Position numbers and translations under genes: made by a program. The notes beneath the pieces are model-generated. The model made no database searches. It saw only the letters and a program-made list of their open reading frames with translations, and had not been told where the DNA came from. A stretch of 64,000 nt of DNA from Takakia lepidozioides (taxonomy: Eukaryota > Plantae > Bryophyta): positions 41,726,001 through 41,790,000 of the forward strand of contig CM060732.1 of assembly GCA_030704615.1 (NCBI GenBank), in the 5' to 3' direction. Of this stretch, positions 12,962 to 24,282 are shown one piece after another; the first letter of the stretch is position 1, and the number at the start of each line of letters is the position of its first letter.

Positions 12962-13729
12962 TCATCCCTGCGCTGGTGGCGCTGGTGTGAAACCTATGCG
13001 TCGAATGTTGATACCAAAGAAAGCACAACGGTCGGCATCGTTCCTCAGCGGCGCACTGCGGCAATAGTCCGTGACGGGTCCTGTGACGCCTCTGGTAGCG
13101 ACAAAGACGCCCGTGTGAATGAGGCCTTCGAGGGCTACTTGCGGTATTCGGTTCAGTCCCCAGCCCGGCACAGCCAGACTAATGAAGCTCACCATCGTCC
13201 GACCAAAGGCCTCGAAGGTATGGATGAGCTCAATGTGCGAAGGAAAACCGGTCGCAGGATCCCTCATTGTTGTGCAGACGTAATCAACCACCGCCGCTGC
13301 AACTCCGCTGGGCAAACCACCCTGCAAATTGTTCTGAAACAGATACGATCCGTCCTCACGGCCGATCAAAGTCATATCGTATGCCTGCTCGAGAAAATGG
13401 TTCAGGATGTGGGTGGTCATAATGAAAGTTACTCTGTACAACCAAACTGTTCGAGACACATATTTTGTCGAGTTAAACTGACCCGCGTTTTGCTTAAACT
13501 CCTCAAAGCTGCTGCTTTGCAGCTTCAATTCGGCAACTCTGCCGGGTTCGGCTGAATTCAACCTGGCATCCATGTTGAACTCCCGCCCCTCCAAGCTCCG
13601 TTCACTCCCATGTTTCTGTACGCTGGCCCCGCGGAGGAGATGAGGCCCATCTGAGCCCTGTGCACTTCGTGCTAGTGCTGATACAAAGCAGACACAGAGC
13701 AGGGCCAACAAAAGCTGTACGTTTGCCAT
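12962..13729 (-). CDS. Secreted protein of unknown family, 255 aa, single coding exon
   Basis: Uninterrupted ORF with an N-terminal hydrophobic signal peptide (MANVQLLLALLCVCFVSALA). A degenerate paralog lies at 25219-26668. Upstream there is a splice acceptor (ctacag, ~13806-13811, minus) and a TATA box (~14446-14453, minus). Confidence 0.75.
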   Translation of the reverse strand: MANVQLLLALLCVCFVSALARSAQGSDGPHLLRGASVQKHGSERSLEGREFNMDARLNSAEPGRVAELKLQSSSFEEFKQNAGQFNSTKYVSRTVWLYRVTFIMTTHILNHFLEQAYDMTLIGREDGSYLFQNNLQGGLPSGVAAAVVDYVCTTMRDPATGFPSHIELIHTFEAFGRTMVSFISLAVPGWGLNRIPQVALEGLIHTGVFVATRGVTGPVTDYCRSAPLRNDADRCAFFGINIRRIGFTPAPPAQG

Positions 13730-14445
13730 ACTGAACTTCGATAGCGCTTCAATTGCTGCTGGAAGCTGCCGATATTCAATCGCAACTGAGTTTGTAGTTC
13801 CTGACCTGTAGACATAGTCAAGGTGGTTGAGTGATTATGGAGAGCATGCATGGAAAATATGAGCGTGCTAAATGATCCACCATCTATAGATAGCGCTCAT
13901 AATCTGTTATCCTCCTTCTTTCACTCATTCCATTTGTGCTGCTGGATTGGGCTGTATTGGCCACCACTAAGTATCTAGCTAGTTCTACTTGTTGGAATTC
14001 TGCTAATAGTTTTGTACGTTTCTATACATAATCAAGGATTAGCTCGATCATGCAATCTGGACTGTAACAAAAGGCACAGCTCGGGTACAGGGGGATTAAA
14101 AAATATCTAGCCGGAACACAACAGTACAATGTTCACAAGAACATGCAATATTACACAAGGTAGAGCGATACATATAAGTCTACCTCTATGCACTATAGAA
14201 TAGAACAGAAGGTAGAGCAGCATATAAACAAGCTGTCTACCACTGTGCAGTAGGAGACTAGAAATCCAAGAAAGAAAAAACCAGGGAAACCCGATGTAAT
14301 CACGGAGGGACAGGACCGTAGAGAGCAAGGGGATGCCAACTCACCAACCAAGTCCACCTCCCTCTAACCACGCCCGTCAAGCACAATACCAGAAGGACCT
14401 GCAGCACCCAAAGATCAGATGAGGACTCGCAAGGGAACTGCTGGC

Positions 14446-14453
14446 TTTTATAG
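14446..14453 (-). promoter_or_regulatory. Putative TATA box (CTATAAAA) of the secreted-protein gene
   Basis: Plus-strand ctggcttttatagc. The same motif is at ~27313-27326 upstream of the paralog. Confidence 0.5.
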
Positions 14454-15149
14454 CAGCTGTCTCTCTCCCGTCTCTGTGCCCCCGAGACCACGATGGCCAC
14501 ATTCTCGGCATTCCCGCTTGTAGAAAAGTGAAGTCTACGTAACCGTCCAACTAGATCCCATTAATAGTATGAATGTTATAAAGAATATTCCAGAGCCTTG
14601 GGCCATGCATGCACTATTGATCTCACACGCACTGCTGATCGAGGCTGATCTGCATATCTCGAGGGAGTGAAATTAGTTCCAAGGATTTCTAATCGAGGCT
14701 GGTCTACATGTTTCGGGGGGAGTGAATATTTTTCCAAGGATTTCTGGTGGAAGAATTCGTGAACGTCCTCTAAATTGTAAGGTTTTGAGTTGTGGATGAC
14801 TGGTTTTGACTCGTAGAATATCTCGCACGTGAGGAGATGTGATGATGCCCAGGAAAGTTGCGGGGCGACCTGTGAGATGGACCTCGACAGGAGGGTGGCC
14901 CCCTTTATATAAACATAAGATCAGCTGCTAGAGCGACTCCGGTCCCTCTCTTGCCCTGGCAGCCTCTTTGCAGCAGTGAAGATCTTTCTAGATCAGTGAA
15001 AGATCTTTCTAGAGGTCTTGTATGTATCGATTTCAGCTAGTGTTCTAGTGTCCCCGGGTCTTAATATTTGCTTTCATCTTTCTTCTCTAGCGTGAATCAC
15101 TTTTAGCACTTGTATTACTTGTAGGTAATAACGCATATTCAGCCTCCGG

Positions 15150-16119
15150 CACTTGCTTGCGGCACAGCCAGATCTCACGGTCTGGCAGGGTTTGTTCAGC
15201 ACTTTCTTTCGGGGATTGGTATTCATCTTACTCCATCTTTTCTCCAAGCAATGCTTGGCGCCAGGAGCACAACTCCATCTCAGATCCTAGGTGCAGAGTT
15301 CGCATGTGTACCATTGCAATCCGAGGCCCTCTTCAGGCTTACAATCTTTCTCCATAGATTGCAGGCCCTTCCACCCAAAGGGCTAGTGGCAAGGGCCCTC
15401 ACAACATCTATGAGGCTCAAAGCAGCAGGTTTCAGGAACTCCTGGTATGCTCGAGTGGACAGTTTATTTCAACGTAACGGACTTTCTACTGCTTTCCTAT
15501 TACCAATGAACCCAGATGAGGTGGACATCACATCCAGACATGACCGCAACAGACTCATTAGGAGAGAGCTTATGGAATTACATGTCAAGAGAACTTGGAA
15601 GCTACCCAATCTCACGACAAAGCTCCACTTCGAGAGACATTCTTGGTGCTCCGCGATGATAGAATCTTGAGACCAAATTACCTTTCAGAACCCTTATCTC
15701 CTTCCCTCCTGAGGGCATTGGGGCGGTTCAGGGTGGGTTCCCACAACCTACGGATAGAGACTGGCAGATGGGAAAACCTGTAACGGGAGGACCGCCTATG
15801 TCCAGCTTGCATAGGGCGCAGCAAGGAAATTGAAACTGAAGAACACTTCTTCTTCTACTGCCCTCTATACTACGAGATCCGTGGGAGATTCCACTGTTTA
15901 TTCAGTGGAACCCAAACTCTCACTGATGTCTTCCACTATGAGGATCAAAAAATGCTTGGCAGCCTACCTACACGAGGCCTTCACCCTTAGACAATCGCTA
16001 GAACATTAATTGTGGTTTCTGGATTTGTTCCTCTCTCATGTTTTCTTCCATTTTGTCCCATAAGCTCTATGAGCTTTCCGCGGACGTTATAAAGCACCAT
16101 TTCATTTCATTTCATTTCC
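15150..16119 (+). mobile_element. 3' fragment of an RTE/RTE-X-like LINE with (ATTTC)n tail
   Basis: Disrupted frames give ALGRFRVGSHNLRIETGRW...RLCPAC...ETEEHFFFYCPLY, a typical C-terminal zinc-knuckle region of non-LTR ORF2. Ends in atttcatttcatttcatttc (~16099-16119). The 5' limit is approximate. Confidence 0.7.
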
Positions 16120-16479
16120 ATGCAAGGACAATGACCCTCAAGGCCAGGTTTAGAACGTCCAGATTCTGAAACTCTGCAATCAGATTACTTGCAGAGAATT
16201 GAGTGTTGATTCCAAGACTGGCATTTCTTACACAGGGCATGTGGCCCCACTGGCGATTTTGGAAAAATGAAGAAAGAAAACACTGTAAAAGACTATCTTT
16301 GAGTCGTACCCCCCAGGCTTTAACATCCCATGTTTCTGATCAACGCCCACCGTGGGAAATCGATAACCCTAAACTTATAGCTCTCTCTGGTTCCTACTAC
16401 AACTCTCTTTGCGCTGCGGGCTTCGACTGTTTGTGCCCTCTCCTCTTGGCGTCTGCCGAAGTTCTGCAATCCGGCCATC

Positions 16480-17694
16480 ATGGGTCGTATGCACAGTGGC
16501 GGGTGAGCTCTAGCTTCTGCTGGCAGGCTTGGGTGTGTGTTTCTGTAATTTATTGATCCATGGACGTAGGGTGACTGTCTGTTGTGTTAAGCAGTTGCTT
16601 GGTCGGATGTGCAGGAAGGGTATGTCCTCATCGGCCCTGCCATACAAGAGAACTCCCCCCGGCTGGTTGAAGATCACAACCCAGGAGGTGGGTAACTTGT
16701 GAGATCCCGTTCTCTTCTCATGGCTGTGTATATTTGGTGTCGCGGCACCTGGCGTTTGGGTGTTGTACTCATGTGTTTACAATCTTTTTCTGTGTGGGTG
16801 TTTCGATATGTAGGTTGAGGACCATATTTGCAAGCTGGCAAAGAAAGGTCTGACGCCATCACATTGGTGTGATTTTGAGGGACTCTCATGGTATTGCGCA
16901 AGTTAACAGCGTGACGGGGAGCAAGGTCCTCCGCATTCTCAAGGGCCATGGTAGCGCTTAAACCCTTCCTAATTTTTGCCCTCTGTATGCCACACTGCCA
17001 AGCCCTTTGCCGACAAGGGCTTAAACAGTGAGCTATCAGTGGTCAATTCCGGTAAAAGTCTTCTTCTGCTGTCGCTCTTGTCCACATTTTGAAGGGAACT
17101 TATCCTTTTTCCATTAACTGTCAATCTGTCTAGAACCTTCCTGAAGTATTAGCGGAGATAGTGTCTCTTGAAGATAATGAGAACTAGAAATAATCGCGGC
17201 TTGGACTCCGGCCTCCATGGATTTATTCGGTGAGTTCTCTTGGATTTGACAGGTTTGGGACAAGAGATCCCAGAGGACCTTTATCATCTGATTAAAAAGG
17301 CTGTGGCTGTCCGCAAGCATTTGGAGAGGAACCGGAAGGATAAAGATTCCAAGTTCCGCTTGATTCTGATTGAGAGCCGTGTCCACCGTTTGGCTCGTTA
17401 TTACAAGCGCACCAAAAAGTTCCCCCCCAACTGGAAGTAGTAAGTTCAACATCACCTGTTTGCGAGTGTGGTCCAACTTCCAATTTTTCTGAGCTAATTG
17501 CTGATTGCTTGTGAGGGCTCCTGGGTGTCGAAGGAACTCTCTTGATACACGAAATGCAGGTATGGTGAGGTAATTTTCGGTAACATGGGGGACAAGTGAA
17601 AGCCGAGTTCGATTGGCTAATTTGAGCTCTCTCTCCCTCTCTCCCTGCTTGTGCAGTGAGTCAGCGACGACCAGCTGGCACCTTGTTTGCTTGA
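16480..17694 (+). pseudogene. RPS13: 40S ribosomal protein S13 pseudogene, five exons
   Basis: MGRMHSGG / KGMSSSALPYKRT / frameshifted exon 3 with TAA / [52 protein letters not shown] / degenerate last exon 17657-17694. A telo-box-like AACCCTAAA lies at ~16365 upstream. Confidence 0.9.
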
Positions 17695-18199
17695 AAGTTT
17701 AGTAAGTTTTTAACTCCGAAGGAGGAAGACCCCAGTGGAGGGTCGAATGTAGTAGAGCTTGCTATCCAAGCTTTAAGCTCTTAACTGTTCCTCTGTTCTT
17801 AGCTGTTTTCAATTGCATCAAAATAGATTTTCTGCAGGAGCACTACTTGTAGCAGTGGGGTAGTTTTGGGCTGGATTTTCTCAGATTACAATCGAACTAC
17901 AATCTCATATTTCAATTTGAAATCAACTTAAGAAGAATTTCGGTCAAACCCCTGTGACATAAGGGTATGCAGATGGGTATGCATTCAGTTGATGTTTGTA
18001 GTTGACAGCTCACAAGAATTAACTCAAACAATGGTTTCTATCAAGCAAGCTGCTATACGGGATCCAAGTGTCTACTGTAGAGTGCTCAGTATGTCAAGTA
18101 CTACTTAGCTTTGATTATTTAAGATGTATGTCATTTCCATCAATCAAGTCAATATTGATTTCTGGGAAAATTGCTTTAACTTGGTCTTTCGTGTGGGTG

Positions 18200-19451
18200 C
18201 AAATGCCGTGGTGCGGATGCTGAATCTGATTCAACCAGTAGTAAGTGGAGGTAGTTTACAAAGTTTTAATTCTGGACCGATTTGGCCGTGATCTTTTGAA
18301 CCTTTGTAAGCATGGGATTAGTCTGTATCTTATGCTGGAGAATGAACGCCAAAATATCCCTGGTGTTCCTGCCATGTATTTTGCGCAACCATCGCCAGCC
18401 AATATCCAAAGAATAGTCTTGGATATGTCATGTGGGGTTTATGAAAGCTTTCATCTCAACTTTGCTTCATCCCTTTCTTGGAGGAGCTTGTTGCGGGTAC
18501 ATTGACGACCAATTGCATTCAATGTGTTGCTATGGTTTGTGACCAATATCTTGAGTTTGTCACTCTTGAGAATGGGATGTTTCTCTAGCTCAGCCCCTTA
18601 TTATGTACAGCTCAATGACCCAGCTGCACAAGAACAAGATGTGGAAGTTGTGGTAGAAAGCATTGCAAATCGGCTCTTCTCAATAATTCGTTGTGCAAGG
18701 TATGTGAACAAAGTCTCGTATTTTATCATAGTTCACATCAGGAAATACGGGGAGTTAAAGCTTGTTCAAAAGAGGAAATGGGCCAATGGCATTGTAGAGG
18801 AAGGGAGAGCAATTTGAATTGTGCATTGTGTCACGGGCCTCTACACGATATTTTTCTCTTGTCATGACGTAATTGCCAATGCTAATTATTTGAGTTTCAT
18901 ACCCTGGCAGATTCTTCTGTGTGTGTTTTTGTGACCATTCTTGGCCAGAATTACCATCTATGTGTGACCCTAGTATATCACTGGAAGTGTTTGTTACAGA
19001 TCTAACTAGAATTCATTGACGTTCACCACAAGAAGTCAGTTGTCATCAATCACAGTGTAATTTATCTTGATGTTCCTTTGTGCCAGAGGTGGGCCAGCAG
19101 AGATGGTTGCATCCCTCCTTGACACTCGTCTCAGGGACCACAAAACAACCTTTTCACAGAAGCTGGACACTTTGGAACCTCTATCTGTGACCAGTCTTAT
19201 GTCTCTTCGACCGAAACTTTGAGCTTTCTGGAGCATTGCAGGATATATGGAGCTACCGTCCACTGGTGCACGACATTCTGGGCATGAAACTGAATCGGGT
19301 TACCGTACAGTCAGAAGTTGTTGTCCCCACCTTGAGAGGGAATGGCGCAGGGAAATCCTATAAACTGGACGATGGGGATTCCTTTTGGGTGGGCAATGCA
19401 TCTGCTCCCTTTCCAAGGGTGGCAGAGGAAGTTGAGACCCAGTTGAACAGG
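18200..19451 (+). pseudogene. SLY1: SLY1 (Sec1/Munc18 family) pseudogene, N-terminal and central fragments
   Basis: VYKVLILDRF...YFAQPSPANIQRI...FHLNF; DQYLEFVTLE; YVQLNDP; RGGPAEMVAS; WSYRPLVHDILGMKLNRV; PFPRVAEEVETQL. Frameshifts and deletions are present. Confidence 0.85.
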
Positions 19452-19464
19452 TACATGTCTCTCT

Positions 19465-20887
19465 TACATCTTCCTTCAAGAGACCTCCTTGTGTCCGCAA
19501 GACTGCCAATTACTCGTCTGTTTGGTCGCACCGCCCCCTTATCATCGAAGTTTTCTCCAGTAAGTTTCCTGAACCAAACTAGGAAAGCCTGAAAATCGAT
19601 TATTAAAAGAGGCTGTTAGTACTCACTACGGGTCCTGCAGTGACCGACTTTGATTACCAGTTGAGTCTGCAATAATCGCACGAGACTTGCTCATAGCTCA
19701 TAAAAGACTCCCTCTTCTTGTGAGAAAAACCAAATACAGACCAGAGAATGTGTGCCCCTCTCCCAGTGGACTGGTTATCAAGCATAGTCTCAAACGTCAT
19801 ACACCAAACAACGAGACAAACTATCAATCAGAAATGCCTTCCACTCGCCTTCCGTTTCAACTTGAGAGCTATAACAGAATGAATTGAAAGTATTTTAATT
19901 TGTCCAGAAAGGTAACCCCGGAATCAGCACACAGGTTACCGTGACAAAATTAGTGGGCATGATCGGAGACCATAACAGCATCAGACTGCATCGGTAAAAC
20001 ATCGGCCTGCCCTCTTGGTGTATCAGCAACTCAGCTTGCAAGATTCACCTTTACTCACTACGTCGTCTACATAGAGTGTTTTGCAAGAAACAAAACATTG
20101 CAGAAAAAGCAGAGCCTGACTGGAGCCTGAGTGAGTGTGAAGTTGCGGAGGATGGGACGCAACCTTGAGATAAGACTGAGTTCACACAAGATCTGCAGCA
20201 CTGGGCAGATTACATATGGTCACCATAAAAAGTAGCATATTCCGTGTGATGTGTCCTAGTATAATTGAATCAGTTCTCCTTGCAAAAATCTGTGACTATC
20301 AGTAACCACTAATTCTCACTCATTGACAAAAAGACAAGGTATCACATGCCTGTTGGGCACCTCTACCAGTGAGCAGAACTCTCCGGATCATGGCCAACCT
20401 AGAAGTTTAAAAAGTTGAGCCTCAGACAGGTGGTTCCATTGATACATCTCAGGCTGAGTTTCACATGTTGAAATTTACTGTATCCAGGTTTAGCTGTTGA
20501 GGAAAAAAAGAAGATTTCAACCAAAAGCATCGTTGAACACCTGCATGCAAGCAGAGCTCTCTTCGTGGCCTACAATGCTGGCCAGTAAGTGGAACCCACC
20601 TCCAGTGGAGTAAGAGCTTTAGAGACATATATCTGATGGAAACTGTGCTGTGGTGTAAACATGCCTGAGTCCAATCTGTGCATTCTGTAGTTTTTGTTTT
20701 TCTTACAAATAAATTTTAAATATAAAAGAGGGGAAGTATCTTGGCCCTTCTTTTTGTAGTTTTTTTTTTTTTTTTGGTTGTAGTTCTGTAGTTCACTGCT
20801 TACCAGGGCCTCTGTCCCCTGTTTTAAAATAAAAAAAATAAGAAACTATCCCAATTGAATGTAGCAGCACATGACATATTGGATAAA
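19465..20887 (-). repeat. Right arm of the inverted duplication of 10020-11435
   Basis: Reverse-complement alignment by eye. Confidence 0.9.
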
Positions 20888-20925
20888 TGTGAAGTTGAGA
20901 GACAACAAGGCTGTTTTCAGGCAAA

Positions 20926-21747
20926 CTAGGGTAGCCTGTGCCGTTGGCCCAAGTGCAATCTCCTATGTATCCAAGTACGTGTCCCATGTCCATGCCCAAG
21001 TGCGACCTCTAGGATAGCCTCTGCCTTTGGCCCATGTGTGAAAAATTGAAATCTAAAGCCAAGTGCAATTTCCTATGTATCTCCTATGTCGAGGCCCATC
21101 TAAGCCCAAGTGCAATCTTCTATGTCAAGTGTCCACTATCATCTTGGGCCAAGTGCGATATCCTATGTATCCAAGGGCGTCTCCTATGTCGAGGCCCATC
21201 TAAGCACAGTGTGCAATCTCCTATGTATCCAAGTATGTCTCCCATGTCAAGGCCCCATTTATTTATTTTCATGAATTTATTGAGTAATAATATCCAATTA
21301 TTGATATATCTCCCATTTCTAGGGTAACCTGTGTCATTGGCCCACTTGTCCAATGTCATCTAAGTCCAAATGCATTTCTTTTCCTTGTTAGGGTAGCCTT
21401 TGTCGTTGGTCCAATGTCATCTAAGTGTCATCTAAGTAAGCTTTTTTTCCACAAAGCCTACGACCAGATGTGAACAGGAGACTTTCCCTTGATATCTCTC
21501 TTGTCGGGCCCAACCATTGTCCTAGGAATGCCCACTTTGGCATTTTTTCCATTTTCTCTGAATTTCCAACGACCAAAAGTACTTGGAATTCCGTATCTCC
21601 CACACCGCATGTCCAAAAGTCCTGAGACCAAGCCCGTGCACCCCTCCTCGTCGCCAGAGCCGGGGCCATGCGGTTTGGGACATCTCAAATCTACAAAACA
21701 AAAACAAACAAAACAAAACAAAACAGTCGTCTCGCTTCATATATTGA
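20926..21747 (-). mobile_element. Non-autonomous Helitron (822 bp) with internal minisatellite
   Basis: On the minus strand it starts TC and ends with the hairpin TGGGCCAACGGCACA followed by GGCTACCCTAG. Inserted between A and T with no TSD. The empty paralogous site caggcaaa|ttgtgcagag is at 24563-24580. Confidence 0.88.
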
Positions 21748-21780
21748 TTGTGCAGAGACAAATAGTAAGGGATCCTCATT

Positions 21781-21975
21781 AAAAAAATGGCCTCCTTGAA
21801 GGGCCCCTTGAAACCTGGACTACCTTAGGTGCTTTGGGATCAAAGAGAAGATATGATTCTGTGTCAGGCGCCAGTCTGACCTCCATCAAGCCCTCCAGCT
21901 CTTGTGAGAGCCAACTGCCGCCCACCTGACAGGAGATTTTTCACTCCAGCTGTCACCGCACTCATAGATTCTCTC
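21781..21975 (-). pseudogene. SLY1: SLY1 C-terminal fragment (opposite strand to the rest)
   Basis: The minus strand translates with frameshifts to SMSAVTAGVKNLLSGGRQLALTRA..EGLMEVRLAPDTESYLLFDPKAPK..KGPFKEAIF. Confidence 0.8.
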
Positions 21976-22618
21976 AAACACCTCGAGATCTGTAAATTCT
22001 GCAATGGAAGTTGTATTGATAGATCAAGGGGTGTGACTCTCCCTTATTGGCCCCAAGGAGGGAAGTTCTTCCCCGAGTTGCAAAATCACAATTCATCCTC
22101 ATGTGAGTCAACTTGCTGAGAAAGCCACAATTTTGCCCAGTTTTCCCTCCCAACCCCTGGACTGAGTTACAAGGTTACTACCCTGCATAGCTTACAATGA
22201 ATCTCTACATGACAGGATACATTCTTGGCAACACGTCTTCAACCCTGAATGTCATAGGCAAGCAAAACCAAAAGGAAGAGAAGAAATATCGCCTGATTTG
22301 AGGCTAATGTATAGGAGGGGCACGCAGACTAAAAGGACAATCACAGGCACGGACAATAAATCCTGAAACTGAGATAGTCAAAGAGATGAATTTGTCCAAA
22401 ACTTTCAAAACGTCACGTGGGTCATAATTCAGAAAATAAACTCTCTGGATCCAACTGGGCAGAGAAAATGACCTTTAAAGAGAGTCCTAAGAGGTTTCAA
22501 TTACATTTGTAGAAATGAGAAACTTTTCAAACTGAGTAGGAGAGGGAGAGGTGACCATCCGGAGTAAAAGCAAAACACAAGGATGCTGCACCTGCCGATC
22601 AAGTCCACTCCCATAGCA

Positions 22619-24095
22619 TCATTTTGGGGCCCATTGATTCTTCATGACGCGGATAGGTGTCCCATAGGGCGTGCTGATGAGCCCAAAGGCAATGCCGAGC
22701 CTCTCACCATAGTAGGCAAGAAAAAATTCTATTTGCTCCTCCTCAACATCATGTAAAACAAAGTGTGTGTCAGGCACATACCCGGCCTCCTTCATGTGCC
22801 CAGACAATCACTTCAGCTCAGCATGGATTTCCTCAATTTGTGGATGTAATTTGTATTCTACACTGAATGAATGCACCTGATTGTGGACCTCAATACAACT
22901 GCGCCCTGGCTCCTTTCTGACACCTCTGGCCTCCACCATTTTCCTCACTATTGCTTTATCGTCCCACCTGCCAGCTGCTGCATGGATGTTTGAGAGCAAT
23001 ACATAAGCTGATGAGTCCTTTGGATCACACTCCAGAATCTTCTTTGGCTCTCGTTCTGCCATCTCAACATGATAGGCACCAAGCAAGGCCCCTCACACCA
23101 AAGCACCTGCTTCAATTGGCGTTTTATTAATAAATTCTTCTGCCTCGTCGAATGATCGCCCTGCAGGCCAAGGTCCACCAGGCAGCCAAAATGCTCCACT
23201 GTAGGAGTGAGGCCATAGTCTCGACTCATTGGATTGAAATAGTGACTGCCTTCCTCCACTAGGCCTGCATGTAGCCAGAGAAGAGATATAAAACTAATAT
23301 TGTTTGGCTTCATACCATCATGTTGCATTTGATCAAATAGCTGCAGGGCCTTCCTACCATACTCGTGCTGAGCACACCCTATAATCATTGCACTCCATGA
23401 GACCACGTCTCGCTCAGCCATATTGTTGAACACTAGACGGGCCTCCCACATTTGGCACATGTAACAAGGGCAGTCTTCAACTTAATATATGACGGATTTC
23501 CAGCTTTGACAATGATCTCTTTGTCCTTCTGCAGGGCGGCACAAGCATTGAGAACACAAATTATGAACGTGACTCTGTCGGGCATCACACCTTCCTCTTG
23601 GATTGTATCATAGATTTTAATGGCCTCTGTGCCACAACCCTACTGGGCATATCCTGCTATCACGACGTTCTAGGAAACCACATCCCGTTCAGCCATTTGA
23701 TCAAATACTTTTAGTGCATCCTTCGTGCTCCCATATTTGGCATACATTTCGACCAGGGTAGTCTCCAGAAAGATGTCTCGCAAAAATCCAGCTTTGATGA
23801 TGTGAGCATGGGCCTCTTCACCCTTTTCCAGGCCCTCTAGCCTACCACACGCATTGGGCACACACGTAACCGTGACCCTGCCGGGCATCACCTCTGCCTG
23901 TTGCATTTGGTCATAGATCTCAAGAGCCTCCATTCCACACCCATGTTGAGCATATCCTGCGATCATGGTGTTCCAGGAGACCACATTTCGTTGAGCCATA
24001 TTCTCGAACACTTGCCGCGCATGCTGCAGGCTCCCGCAGTTGGCATACATGGCCAAAATCCAGCTTTGAGGATGCCACCATGGACGTCTTTGGCA
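22619..24095 (-). pseudogene. PLS-E-DYW pentatricopeptide repeat pseudogene (DYW domain truncated)
   Basis: P/L/S motifs (VVSWNTMIAGYAQHG), E domain, PG box RKEPGRSCIEV, AGYVPDT. The HSE site reads YGE. Multiple frameshifts and stops. Confidence 0.9.
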
Positions 24096-24282
24096 CAGAC
24101 GATGACGATGGAGTGAGCCCCTCACAAAGGCAGCATTTATTTCCTTGTGTTCCTCACAAAGCTAGACACAGGGTCGATGGGCACTGAGCAAGCAATGCCT
24201 TACGAGTACATTCGTACATTCTCTCTGTATCTGTCGGACCATAAGAGGGCTCAACACTCAACACCTCCACGAAAATCTGAAA

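Noticed and set aside
12941-13555. 204-aa plus-strand ORF
   Set aside because: Antisense shadow of the secreted-protein CDS with no protein-like features.
20940-21440. Repeat array resembling CRISPR
   Set aside because: Degenerate minisatellite inside a Helitron, with no unique spacers, no cas genes and a eukaryotic context.
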